Assembly: GCF_000002075.1 (NCBI RefSeq)
Contig: NW_004797808.1
Span: 260,102-324,101, forward strand
Length of the DNA stretch: 64,000 bases
Source: Aplysia californica
Taxonomy: Eukaryota
Direction of reading: 5' to 3'
The first letter of the stretch is position 1. Each line of letters begins with the position of its first letter. Of the stretch, positions 11,888 to 24,007 are shown piece after piece. Made by a program: the position numbers and the translations under genes. Below the pieces are notes generated by a model. The model was given only the letters and a program-made list of their open reading frames with translations. It was not told the origin of the DNA and did no database searches.

Positions 11888-12436
11888 TTAAACTTGGATG
11901 AATTGATGGAGGGAGGGGCAAGTTTGTGGCAGTGTACATGATATACGCGAAAGAGAGAGTTGAATTTGTTTACAGGTATATGTTTACTGTTTGTTTGGGT
12001 TTGTGTTCCTTTTTGTACAATGTCAAAACCTGGCAGTGAGCAGCACGGAGGTGTTTTGTTGGGTTGGGGTGGGTTTTTTAAAATAGAAAACGCAAAAAAA
12101 TAATCTTAATGCGAGGGCCTTGGGGTTCCGTGAGTTAGTGCCCAAACTCTTCCTCTATGAATGCTGCTGTTTTTCTTATTATTCTATAGAGCTCTATTTT
12201 GGAGCCAAATTTATAAGTTAAACAGTCTAACATGCAAATTGAAATCGGCGGGACAAGGAAATCTTTTCATTTTTAAAATGAATTTTGTTACTCGCTTGTT
12301 TTAAATTTAAATACAAAGAAAAATTTCTGGTCCTGAAAATCTACACCTGTGCTCTGTTATTGTGTTTGTTGTGCATGTGCTAGACTAATTATTGGATTGA
12401 TCCTTACTAACTTTTTGTTGTCTTTGTTGCCCACAG

Positions 12437-12498
12437 CTGCGAGAGGCAGAGGTCAGCGTGGTAGAGGAGGAGGCAACATTTTCCAAAAACGCCGCTGA
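12437..12498 (+). CDS. SNRPD3: Sm D3 coding exon 2 (RG-rich tail and stop)
   Basis: Acceptor ...ttgcccacag. Phase-1 continuation gives AARGRGQRGRGGGNIFQKRR*, the canonical SmD3 C-terminus. Confidence 0.97.
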
Positions 12499-12935
12499 GA
12501 ACACCCAAGTTTTCATCCATTCATCTTTACATATACGCTGGACCATTGATGCTGTTGTTTAGTGTTTTTTTTAATGAACAGTTGTGTTCACTGACTGGGA
12601 AGGGAAACTGCAGTCGTTTTTGCCGTTTCAAGTGCTGTAGAAAGGGAAGTATGCGTGCAAGTGAAAGTATTGCTTGGGTGTTTAAATGAAAGAAGAGTGT
12701 GAGATGTTAGTGGAGTGATTGGCAGAATTTGATGTTACTATTTTTATCTTGTAGAATTGTATTCCATTGTTTTTGCATCAGTGACATTGCCATAGTTTTG
12801 CATCATTTTGAAAAGCTCTGTTTCATATGAGGAGACGAATATTTTCTGTTGAGAAGAGCATTTAGACACATTTGTCTGAAAAAAATATTTTCATTTTTCT
12901 GAAATTGTCCTCATTGCTCATTTATTTTCCTGTCG

Positions 12936-12941
12936 AATAAA
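12936..12941 (+). terminator. Candidate SmD3 polyadenylation signal
   Basis: AATAAA about 440 nt after the stop, followed by GT/T-rich sequence. Confidence 0.6.
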
Positions 12942-13016
12942 TGGTTTGTCACTGTTGAACATGTAAAGTGACTTTGCTGTCTTTGAAATATTTTTGTTAT
13001 TGTCTTTAGAGACTCA

Positions 13017-13146
13017 AATTGTCCCTATAGTCTGCTTTATCTGACAAATTATCCCTTTAGTCTACTTCATCTGTAAAATTGTCCGTATAGTCTACTTTAT
13101 CTATAAGATTGTCCCTATAGTCTATTTTATTTGTCGTATTGTCTGT
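13017..13146. repeat. About 30-bp tandem repeat, roughly 4 copies
   Basis: Unit resembles aaattgtccctatagtctactttatctg. Confidence 0.8.
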
Positions 13147-13225
13147 ATCTCAATCTCAGGAGACTAAGTGGTTGCCAACCGAGACATCTTTTTTCTAATA
13201 CTTTTATCTTATACAATTTTATAAT

Positions 13226-13318
13226 GGGAGTGCTTATTTAGGCCACATATGGCCTAAATAAGGTAAGGGAGGGGGGTTTAGCTTATTTAGGCCATATGTG
13301 GCCTAAATAAGGTCACCC
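13226..13318. mobile_element. 93-bp double-palindrome micro-MITE with 9-bp TSD
   Basis: TSD ttttataat at 13217-13225 and 13319-13327. Two cttatttaggcca-N-tggcctaaataag hairpins; GGG...CCC termini. Confidence 0.85.
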
Positions 13319-13559
13319 TTTTATAATAATTTAATTGAAATAGGAAAATGACACTTTCAGAATCTCAGAGTGATTATTATTATTGATAAAAGGAGATCTG
13401 ATCCATCAGTGAAAGGGTTGTCCTTCAAATTGTCAGTGTTTTTCGAACCTTCTCACTACCTTTTTTTCTCAGTCTGTTCTAGTGTTTTCTGTGCCCTTGT
13501 CATGTTGAAATTGGTGGGTTGTCTGCACATCAAAAGTCCTATTCTTTGTTTTGATCAAA

Positions 13560-13780
13560 GTGTTGTTGGCTGGTGCTGTGGTGTGGTCTGCTCCTTTTTC
13601 CCTATCAAACACCTATCATCTTAATCACCCTTTTTTGTGTTATTACTCTCTTGTAATACCTTTAATTCAGAGCGAAATGCTTGCAGCTAAAGGGATTTGA
13701 AAACAACACCTCTAGTCTTCGGCACTTATGACCTTATTATGTTGCAAGTGCCGTAAAACTCTTACGAAAACTTTAAAAAA
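13560..13780 (+). mobile_element. LINE 3' tail family A copy
   Basis: Ends ggcacttatgaccttattatgttgcaagtgccgtaaaactc. Homologous to the 2812 copy. Confidence 0.65.
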
Positions 13781-13844
13781 CGAAAGTGTTGTTGTCCATT
13801 GTCAGGTGTGTGTGAGTTTATGGTACCTGACTTTTTTTTTTCAG

Positions 13845-14045
13845 TGTTAGTGTTTTTACACCCTCTTCAACTTCAACACTATTTAGATGCCGGTAATTTA
13901 AGATTAGAAGACAGGCAGGGCCAGCCTGAACTGAGAGAGATACGTCTTAGCACAAAGACTGGGGTATTTGATAAAAATTCTCACCACATAGGAATCGAAC
14001 TTGGGCCTTGTTCGTGCAGAGTGAAGCGTCAACCGCCACCCCACT
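13845..14045 (-). mobile_element. tRNA-derived SINE
   Basis: Minus strand has an A-box-like gtggcggttgacg and a B-box agttcgattcc. Homologous to 27310-27506; a more decayed relative lies at about 14224-14472. Confidence 0.65.
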
Positions 14046-15033
14046 GGTGCAGGTGTACACCTGACTTGACCCCACTGAGTAAAGTTGGTTATTGGAGAAG
14101 GAGTGGGGTGTAAATGTTATTTGACTTAACAAAGTTGCTACTTCATATATGAATTAAGTTGGACCTGCTTATGCACAGCTCGCCTCTTTTTCTTCTTTTT
14201 TTTTTTTAAAGTACCGATATAATAGAGGTGTTTTACGACGCCCCCATTGACACAATTTTGATTTATACTTAGGAGGCGGGCTTCACAATTACTTTTCAGG
14301 GCCAACCGGGGAGGAGGGGGGGGGTCTTGGCTCGAGAATTAACATCCTAAATAGAATGCAACATGTACTGAGATACATATATATATATATACTCGTTCAA
14401 AATTTTCCCTTCAGGGGAATTGAACTCTGTTGTGTGATGAAGAAGGGTCTAACCACTACACTACAGCGACTCCATTGGCTTACCTCCACCATAACTGCCA
14501 TTTTATAACTGCTGGATTAAAAAAATTTTATTTTCCTTTCCTTCTCTGGTGTGTTCTCTTGAAAGTGAAAGACTAGTGTTTTGGGCAGTTGGTTTTAATA
14601 GTTAACATATATGGTGTGCATTGTGCAAGCGCTCGAGCTCGTGTTAAATCCAAAGGTGGTTTTATAATTTTTCTTAACTCTGGTACTGGTATGTTACCTG
14701 AGGCTGAGGGTTATTCCTTCTAGTTCTAACAACAGGCCAAACTTAGAGTCAGGATATTAAATTCGATTGATGTGACAGCGGCAGACAAAGAGAAAAGTAA
14801 GCCTATCGGTGGCCCACTACTTCAACTTCAACTACTCACAATGTTTTGCAAATTTTAAAGCCAAGTTCGGATTCAACTGAATCTTAAGAATTTAGAGGGC
14901 AGCTTCATTTTGCCTTGACAGGGGAGTTAAGCTTAAGATTGGAAATAACAATAACAGTGGAGTCTGTTGATTGAAATCTGTAGGTGTTGGATTTTCTTTA
15001 GTCTAAGTTTTGTGTTTTTAAGAGGTTCTTTAA

Positions 15034-15288
15034 GCCCATCCGTATGCCCTGGGGTCATTTTGTACCCCTGGGGTTGTATTCTTCACATTTTAGAATATTT
15101 CTAGGGCGAAGGTCTGTGAAACTTTCAGTATTTCTCATAAAAATCATTTTGACAGACTGCTATTAGTGCTATGCAAAGTGTACGGATCGGATTAAAGTTA
15201 AAGAGTAAATTTCCTCTTGGGAAAGTGGTGGCACAGAGTTCCCCACGTCATGGATATGATAGTAGGAAAACACGACGTATGGATAGGG
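15034..15288. mobile_element. piggyBac-type MITE
   Basis: TTAA flanks with ...ccatccgtatg / cgtatggataggg ends. Inverted copy at 33132-33348. Confidence 0.8.
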
Positions 15289-15414
15289 TTAAAAGAGAAG
15301 AAAAAGAATTGAGTAGGGCCTACCGTATTTAAATTCCTTTGGTTTACTGGTTTCCTGCTTTTTACGGATTAAATGTATACGTTCAAGTGGACTCCACTGT
15401 AATTTTAACTAAGA

Positions 15415-15600
15415 ATGATGCAGTGTGGGTGGTTGGCTCCTTTTTTCCTATCAAACCTGATCTATTGTCCTTAAATCTCTCCTTTTTTTGTGTTTGTGAC
15501 TCCCTTGTAACACCTCAAATCTTCTGCATTTGTATGACTATTGACTGAGACCTAATTGTGTTGCTAGTGCCATAAAACTAACTTACTTGAAACAAACAAA
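15415..15600 (+). mobile_element. LINE 3' tail family A copy
   Basis: gctccttttttcctatcaaac...cttgtaacacctc...gacctaattgtgttgctagtgccataaaac. Confidence 0.6.
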
Positions 15601-16390
15601 AAATGATTCATTAATTAGTACATGTAGCCTATGTAGATTAGTCCGCTACAGGTAAAAAGGGTGAAAAACTTATTTTGATCCTTTTCACACTCAAAAAAAG
15701 ACACTTTGGTAATTGGAAGTCGAAGACTAAGCCTGTACAGGGAAGATGCTAACTGAAAAAAAAGTGAAGAAACTCGTCTATTGCCTATTCATGACCCCAG
15801 TTTATAAGCCTAATTAATGTGTATATATATGATTTAAAACGAAAAAAGATGCATCATAATGTGCAATTGTACACTGTGAGCTATCGTCATAAACAGTATT
15901 GATAGAATCTACACTTAATAAATTTGGCTTAAATTTAAATCTGCCTGGCACTGAAGAAAGTACATCATGTAGTGAAAATCGGTCAAGCTGCTACATCTGA
16001 ATATCTGGAGAATGAAGTGAAGCGTTCCCAAACTTCAGTGAACAATCATTGGGATTCTGCTGATCTGATCTGAGACAAAGGCCTTATTCCTGGCGCACAA
16101 ATTGACTCAAACCCCTGTAGGCTACCTCAAAAAGGTAACATCCTAGTCCTAGTTTGAAAATGAAAGAGTTCAGAAAAGGAATTTACCTTTTAGCATGCTA
16201 TATTTTATAAGAACCTGTGGTGGCAGCACTTTAATGACAAGTAGCCTAAAAGCACGGGTCCACGCCACTTTACAAAATATTACAGAGTAGGCCTACGTCG
16301 AGCATCGGGAAAAAGTATAGTATAACAACATTGCTACATGTATTAACAAGTGTTATTTCCCTTGGCTCGTCTTGCAATGATTACTCCCCT

Positions 16391-16760
16391 TGGGTTTGAA
16401 ACTCGCAAAGATCACCGAATTAGGTGTAGTAAAATGGAGCTGGAGTCTGCTCGATTAATCGAAGGCTTGCGAGCAGACTTCTTACTGCTGTCTTTCAGCC
16501 ACACCCATGATCTTCTGGTAGGAAAGATCTACACTTAGCCTTCTCGGACAAGGGCGAAAAATCTCAGAGGGCCCATGTGCAAGTTGCGCTCGTTAAAGAT
16601 CCCTTGGTGGTCTAAAATCGGGGTAGGCTTCGGCCGCCACCCGGGCCAAATTCAACATTTCCTACCAATGGAAAATATAAGGTGTGTCCCGCGCGCTCAT
16701 ATGACCTTATCATGCATTTGCGAGCGCCGTAAAAACACTTACAAAAACAAAAAACACACA
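16391..16760 (+). mobile_element. SINE with V-domain-like core and shared LINE-derived 3' tail
   Basis: ccttctcggacaagggcgaaaaatc..gagggccc...cgttaaagatccc...ggggtagg...ccgggccaaattc resembles the V-SINE core as recalled from memory. Tail gcgctcatatgaccttat...gcgagcgccgtaaaaac. Confidence 0.6.
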
Positions 16761-17131
16761 TGCGCGCAAAATAAAGTTCTACGTATAAAATACATCATGT
16801 GATGTATGTATGCTGGTACAATGTACATGTATGTATTATGTGCAGCATAATAAGTAATTTGTAATTTGCTGTAGCCCAGACTGTTCTGTATTCAATGAGG
16901 TTAAAAGTATAAGTTATAAAACTGTAAGTGTAAGGTCCTTGGTTACATTGTATGGGGCCTATGAACTAAATTAACATNNNNNNNNNNNNNNNNNNNNNNN
17001 NNNNNNNNNNNNNNNNNNNNNNNNNNNNNNNNNNNNNNNNNNNNNNNNNNNNNNNNNNNNNNNNNNNNNNNNNNNNNNNNNNNNNNNNNNNNNNNNNNNN
17101 NNNNNNNNCTGACGACCGTCAATATAACGAC

Positions 17132-17979
17132 CAGTGGCGGTGGGGGGACCAAATTTGGGCGGGGCTTAGGTTGCTTCCAGTTTTTTACCGCCAAATAACA
17201 AGCAATAAGAATTAATAAACAGTGATGATTTTTCTATACTCACGGTGAGCCACGGCAGTTTGAGAACCATTCAAACAAGAAGAGTTGCCTTTGTTTTCCA
17301 TCTCTTTGTTCTTAGTTAAATTCTTGTTGATGGAGGGGACGAAGCCGATTCACCTCCAAATTTCCTCTAATTAGATCTAGTTTTCGTGTAATGAAAAAGT
17401 TGCCTTACAAGTAGTTCGACCTGATTTATATTAACTCTTAAATCTCTGCGGCATAAACACAAACATGCACACACTGCACTTCAAACATAATACTTCTATT
17501 TCTACGAGCTGGATTAGATTAGGCCATGTAGTCGAGAAAGTTGAATGCACCCAACAAAGAACCAATGAGCGCATAGGTAGGTATCTGTGTCAGTGGGGGA
17601 AAGTGTGTCGTAAACTTTCACCCCATTGTCAGGGCTAGGAGCGCGTGAGCCCTCGGTACAGTGTTATTTTTTCCCAGTCTTGTACCTTTTTACAAAAGTG
17701 GGAAAATGGCTCATCTTTGCTGAGCCCTAAAGACATTTGATTGGCTGCTGGGTTAATATAGTTGTAAGCGGTGACAACGGTGATAAAAGCGAGTAGGCCG
17801 CCATGTTAGACACTCTGTGTTTTTTTGGTGTTTTTTTGCGTGCGGTCATAACGGTTTTAACTGCTTATTATTTCATTTTATGAAGAAAAGTTCATTTACT
17901 TTGGGATAGAGTTGGGGGTGGTGGGTGGGGAGGGGGTAGGGGCTCAAGCCCGTGAGCCCTTCCCTACCTACCGCCTCTG
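17132..17979. mobile_element. hAT-type MITE nested in a pogo-type MITE
   Basis: Termini cagtggcggt / accgcctctg with ataacgac duplicated on both sides (one extra base on the right). Host pogo-like sequence resumes and ends ...ctgcactg|TA near 18132. Confidence 0.7.
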
Positions 17980-18558
17980 AATAACGACATCCTCTATGGT
18001 ATAGCGACATGGTGCCCAGGTTCCGAATTTCCCCTTTTATATCATTAGTAATAGTAATATTATTTTTGATAGCTATAACGACATATTTTCTGGTCCCGGC
18101 GATATTGTTAGAGTTAGAGAGAGGCTGCACTGTATGTAAATGTACGCCAATGTTTTATAGCCCAGCTGTCCTGACAACTTGTATGCCAAGTGAGATATTC
18201 AGAAAAAGGTTTGCCAGGTACAGGAGTCCAGGAGCAGTCTGGCGGGGTATGCCAGACAGGTGGACGAACGAGTGCAGGAAGCGGGTGGCGACGAAGCCCC
18301 GGAAGTGGAAGGACGCCGCCCACTCGGACGGGCCTGTCTGTGGCCTCGTACAGCAGTCCCAGGAGAGCGAAGGGGATCACGTTTTCGAGATCGTTCCTAT
18401 GGCAATTGAGATCAGAAAAGTTAGATTCTATCTAGTCAGAAAAAAAAAATATTCTTGATCATAGAAAATAATCGGATATTTAATAGATCTAGGCGAATCA
18501 TGTTTATCTTAGCAATTTTAACATAACGTATTTTATAAAAAATACCTATGATCTCGAT

Positions 18559-18930
18559 GTTTATCTTTGTCAAGATAACAACTGATAAAACAACAAAATA
18601 ACGACAATAAATATCAACACAAACGTCCTAATTTAGTTGCTTTTACTTTTACTTGTTTTTTAAGGTAGCCTCACGTCAGTATTTTTATCTTTGTCAAGAT
18701 AACTGATAGCAACAAAACAACGGCAAATATCAACACAAACGTCCTACATGTAATTTATTTGCTTTTACTTTTACTTTAGTCTGCTTACGTTGGTAGGCCT
18801 GGGCTACGTAACATAGGCCCTTCATATTTATCTTTGTCGAGATAACAACTGATAACGACAAATAACAACTGGTAACAACAAAACAACAAATTAAATATCA
18901 ACAAAAACGTCCTAATTTAGTTGTTGTTTT
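18559..18930. repeat. Three imperfect tandem units of about 125-150 bp
   Basis: Each unit contains tttatctttgtc(a/g)agataac...atatcaaca(c/a)aaacgtccta. Confidence 0.8.
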
Positions 18931-19090
18931 TTTTTCTCGGATAAATTGTTACTTTCGATTTGAATGTAAACAAAAAGGGAACGCAACTCCGTCGGCCATC
19001 GCTAAAGAATAGTCTACTTCCAGTAGTTGCACGGAGTTAAGCACTACCACATGAATAATAATTACATACCATATATATATATGATCTTAT

Positions 19091-19307
19091 CTGTCCCCGT
19101 GGTTTTAATTTTATGCACTCTGCATAATTTAGCAAAATTTGATCATTTTTTTGCATAATTTCTGACTATTTTCCTTTATCATTCTTTGTTAACATTAACT
19201 TAATGTTAACAAAGAATGAATTAACAGAATCGCATAATTTCACATTTTTCGGCTCATTTTGCATAATTCCAGAATTTTTTTGTGTGTGCATAAAACGACG
19301 GGGACAG
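19091..19307. mobile_element. Unclassified MITE with 6-bp TSD
   Basis: TIR ctgtccccgt / acggggacag. TSD tcttat at 19085-19090 and 19308-19313. Central palindrome ttctttgttaacattaa-c-ttaatgttaacaaagaa. Confidence 0.85.
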
Positions 19308-19765
19308 TCTTATGCAGTTGCGAGCGTTGTTAACTACTTTAACCAAAGTTAACTACACGATTTGAATACATGTTATTAGTTACTCATTCGTAAGTCACCA
19401 GTCACGGCAACACCTGTACTGTATGCATGTTACCATTGTTCCTCTTCATAAAATATTGTTTATAGATATAATTTAGATTATAGGCCAATATTTGTAATAT
19501 AATAAAACAAATTGTCGAGGAGAATACGCCACCCTTCGCACACAGACGTGGCAGAATGTGGCTCCCCTCGAGAGAAAGCTCTATGGCAGTCTCTCAGAGT
19601 TGAAGCGAACTGCACAGTTTGTGCGCGACATCGGACTGACTCTCTAGCTGCTGTGTCATCGAGAACGAGGAAGAAGAAAGTCGAGGAGAAAAGTGGCCGC
19701 CTAAAATCTTATTAGAAAGCGTGGCTGTTCTTTTGTTTTAAACTATACTATACAACTATACAGGG

Positions 19766-19839
19766 GGCTCTCGTGGCCTAGAGATTAAGGTGTTCGCCTC
19801 TCATTCAAAGGTCGCGGGTTCGAATCCGGGTAGCGACCA
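19766..19839 (+). pseudogene. tRNA-like sequence (pseudo-tRNA or SINE head)
   Basis: A-box tggcctagagatt, B-box ggttcgaatcc, 3' CCA and a T-run after it. Acceptor and anticodon stems pair poorly. Confidence 0.6.
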
Positions 19840-21069
19840 AAAACTTTTCTTCTCTAAAAGTGTCTCCTTTCAACCCCTTTTTTCTCTCTTTTCTCTNNNN
19901 NNNNNNNNNNNNNNNNNNNNNNNNNNNNNNNNNNNNNNNNNNNNNNNNNNNNNNNNNNNNNNNNNNNNNNNNNNNNNNNNNNNNNNNNNNNNNNNNNNNN
20001 NNNNNNNNNNNNNNNNNNNNNNNNNNNNNNNNNNNNNNNNNNNNNNNNNNNATCTGTTTTTGAGGGAATTCCACATTTCAGGGGCATAGAAGGAAACATA
20101 GCTCTTCCACCCAACTTAGAAATTATAAGATTTTGCTGTGGGCACTTTCATATTATATGGGTGCCAGCCCTCTTGACCGTAGGCCTACTTGACAGTCAAC
20201 AGCGACGTCTCCTTTTTTTCTCCTCTTGACGGTCTACCAACGNNNNNNNNNNNNNNNNNNNNNNNNNNNNNNNNNNNNNNNNNNNNNNNNNNNNNNNNNN
20301 NNNNNNNNNNNNNNNNNNNNNNNNNNNNNNNNNNNNNNNNNNNNNNNNNNNNNNNNNNNNNNNNNNNNNNNNNNNNNNNNNNNTATAACTGGTGGTGTAC
20401 TACATGTAGTACTAGTCTACTACCGTGCGAGTGCGCGTGTGTGTGTATGTGTGTCGGAAGGGGGGGGGGGGGGGGCATGCATTTCCTTGAATTTTCTTTT
20501 AATGATTTAAGTACACATGTCACGTGCATCCTACAATCCCATCCACCCTGACCTCCCCTAACCCCAATTTTTAAAAAATAGCGTTTACGTGTAGAATATA
20601 AATTAAATGCCATTTTAACGTGTACTTACTTTTTGGTCACTGCGGGAATTCCTGAGCCTTCTTTTTCTGAGATTTTCTCTCTCTCGTCTTTTTGGGAAAC
20701 CGACTGGAACAGAAATGAGAAGAAACTACGTGTACCAATTTCTTTCGTTCTAGCTGGAAGTGACCGTTGCAGCACTACATGACAACTGCAAAACTACAAG
20801 TACAAGAAAAAATGAGGATGGGATCTTCTCTGCCTCCAATTGGGCATAGAATTTAATTGGNNNNNNNNNNNNNNNNNNNNNNNNNNNNNNNNNNNNNNNN
20901 NNNNNNNNNNNNNNNNNNNNNNNNNNNNNNNNNNNNNNNNNNNNNNNNNNNNNNNNNNNNNNNNNNNNNNNNNNNNNNNNNNNNNNNNNNNNNNNACTCT
21001 CTGATCCCATAATCCACGAGGATCGTACGGGTACGATAGACAGCCTCGTCAGGTGCCTCCACTTTTCAC

Positions 21070-22975
21070 TTTAAAACACTTTTTTTCTTCTTTTTCGAGC
21101 GCTTGAGTTTGGGCGAAAGAATTCAAAGAATGCCCTGTCCACTCCGCAATGTTATCGGTCCTCCTCTTTCTTTGCCTTCCTCTCCTTCTCCTCCCCTGCA
21201 CAGTTCCCTGAAAAATAGTCTTGGATAGGCCACACGATCTTGTTACATGGCCGCACTATTTCAGTTTTCTTCGACTTCACAGTAGACAGCAAGTCTAAAT
21301 AGTGGATCATGTGTTGTTTCACTCTACTGCGCACTTCCTCATTTGTGATGTGGTCATTGTATCTATTTTATGAGATGCCAAAGAGTCGTCAAAAGCATTT
21401 CATTTCGGCTGCTTGGATCTTCCTCAGAAGCTCTACCGTCAAAGTCCAAGTATACAGAAGGATGGACGCGGGCATAGGGTAGTCTGATTTTGTAGTTGAC
21501 CGAGGTGTTTCTATTTTTCCATGTATTGATCCTAGGTTTGTAAGCGCCGCTGTTGTTTGTGCAATTCTTGCTTTGCTTGGATCCTTCTTGGCTGATGATA
21601 GCACGAAGGTACTTGAACTGGTAGACTGTTTCAAGCTGTTGACCTTTGATCGTAATTTTGCTTTTAATGGGTTGGTCACCATTTCCCATTATCTTTATTT
21701 CTCGGCATTAATTTCCATGCCGTATCTGATTGATGTTTCATCCAGTCATTTCACCAGTCTGGCGAGCTCTTCTTCATTTCCTGCAAGTCCGTCAATGTCA
21801 TGGGAAATCCTGAGATTAGTAATACATGTAGTAGCTATTCGTCCTCCGTTACAAAGTGGGCTCGTGTAATCTTCAAGGGCACCAGTCATGATTTGTTCAA
21901 GGAAGATGTTGAACAGGGTAGGTGATAGCAGGCAACCTTGGCGTACACCGACGGTAGTGAGGAACCATTCTTCAATTTTCCTTTGGGCGAGGACTGCACT
22001 GGTGGCTTTGTTGTATAGCTGTTGGATCAACTCTATCAGCTTTCGGCCCATGTTGAGGTTCTTCATTGTTGCCCATAATGCATCATACCACACACGATCA
22101 AATGCCTTTTTGAAATCAATGAACACATGGAAAATTTCTTGCTGGTGTTTACAGTACAGTATTTCTTGCACAGAACTCCAAGGTTGAATATCTGTTGTAT
22201 TGTACTTTTTCCATCTGAACCCGCTTGCTCTTCAGCAATTATTTCTTCTGCCTGAGGTCTCAAGCGGTTCGTGATAACTTTCAGCATCACTTTGCATGCA
22301 TGGCTTATCAAGGCTAATAGTTCGATAATTGTGTCATAACTGTAGATTGCCTTTCTCTTGGGGAGAGTGATGGTAAGAGATTGCATCCAGAGTGTGGGCT
22401 ATTCAGCTGTCTTAAAGATTTTAATTGCAGATGTTAGTTAGGATGTCCTCTGCTGTCTCTCCTCCATGCTTAATTACTTCTGCAGGGATATTGTCAACTC
22501 CTCCTGCCTTTCCATTTTCAGTGATATAATGGCTGTCTCTACTCCTTCTTTAAGGGTTGGAAAGTATTACAAAATATATTTGTATGTTGATTCATGGCAA
22601 GATGTTACATGGGGTCATCTTTGGATTGGTAGTTATAAAGGTCTGAACAGTACTCAGTCCATCTTTTCAGGATGTCCTCTTCTTCTGTAAGGCAGTTCCC
22701 AGCTTTGTGTTGGATGATGCTAACTCGTGATTGCCTTGGTTTTGTTAGTTTCTTTACTGTTTGGAATGCTTGTTTGCTGCTGTTCTTCTCCAAATGTTCC
22801 CCAATTTCCTTACGCTGTTTCTCAATCCAATCTTCTTTGGTTTTATTCATGCTCTTCCTAATCTTTTCATTGGCTTCCCTGTAGTCTTTAGCTACCGAGG
22901 GCGTGTGCTTGCTTTTCTCTAGATCCCTCCTTTTATCACATTTTGAGGATTTTCCTGTGTACCTTTCCAAACAAC
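21070..22975 (-). mobile_element. Decayed RTE-clade LINE (RT region to C-terminus)
   Basis: FIDFKKAFDRVW, TTVGVRQGCLLSPTLFNIFLE, ILKRWTEYCSDLY, IQAAEMKC. Frameshifted. A different family from the 280-2640 copy. Confidence 0.93.
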
Positions 22976-23111
22976 TCGTTTGCTGACTCTGTGATGACGT
23001 TTTAAAACTTTATTAAAATAAATGTCCCCCTAAAAAATAACGAACACACTCACACACAAAACACACACATACACACAAAACACACTCACACACAAAACAC
23101 ACTCTCACACA

Positions 23112-24007
23112 NNNNNNNNNNNNNNNNNNNNNNNNNNNNNNNNNNNNNNNNNNNNNNNNNNNNNNNNNNNNNNNNNNNNNNNNNNNNNNNNNNNNNNNNN
23201 NNNNNNNNNNNNNNNNNNNNNNNNNNNNNNNNNNNNNNNNNNNNNNNNNNNNNNNNNNNNNNNNNNNNNNNNNNNNNNNNNNNNNNNNNNNNNNNNNNNN
23301 NNNNNNNNNNNNNNNNNNNNNNNNNNNNNNNNNNNNNNNNNNNNNNNNNNNNNNNNNNNNNNNNNNNNNNNNNNNNNNNNNNNNNNNNNNNNNNNNNNNN
23401 NNNNNNNNNNNNNNNNNNNNNNNNNNNNNNNNNNNNNNNNNNNNNNNNNNNNNNNNNNNNNNNNNNNNNNNNNNNNNNNNNNNNNNNNNNNNNNNNNNNN
23501 NNNNNNNNNNNNNNNNNNNNNNNNNNNNNNNNNNNNNNNNNNNNNNNNNNNNNNNNNNNNNNNNNNNNNNNNNNNNNNNNNNNNNNNNNNNNNNNNNNNN
23601 NNNNNNNNNNNNNNNNNNNNNNNNNNNNNNNNNNNNNNNNNNNNNNNNNNNNNNNNNNNNNNNNNNNNNNNNNNNNNNNNNNNNNNNNNNNNNNNNNNNN
23701 NNNNNNNNNNNNNNNNNNNNNNNNNNNNNNNNNNNNNNNNNNNNNNNNNNNNNNNNNNNNNNNNNNNNNNNNNNNNNNNNNNNNNNNNNNNNNNNNNNNN
23801 NNNNNNNNNNNNNNNNNNNNNNNNNNNNNNNNNNNNNNNNNNNNNNNNNNNNNNNNNNNNNNNNNNNNNNNNNNNNNNNNNNNNNNNNNNNNNNNNNNNN
23901 NNNNNNNNNNNNNNNNNNNNNNNNNNNNNNNNNNNNNNNNNNNNNNNNNNNNNNNNNNNNNNNNNNNNNNNNNNNNNNNNNNNNNNNNNNNNNNNNNNNN
24001 NNNNNNN
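23112..24007. other. Largest assembly gap (N run)
   Basis: Other gaps at about 16978-17108, 19897-20051, 20243-20382, 20861-20995 and 24812-24948. Confidence 0.99.

Noticed and set aside
18009-18458. 149-aa ORF with a hydrophobic N-terminus
   Set aside because: Spans a pogo MITE end and an unrelated GC-rich patch (perhaps a Gypsy-like scrap); no coherent homology.
18559-18930. CRISPR-like repeat-spacer pattern
   Set aside because: Eukaryotic context; the units are long imperfect tandem repeats without unique spacers or cas genes.
19766-19839. Functional tRNA-Glu(CTC) gene
   Set aside because: Acceptor and anticodon stems do not pair.
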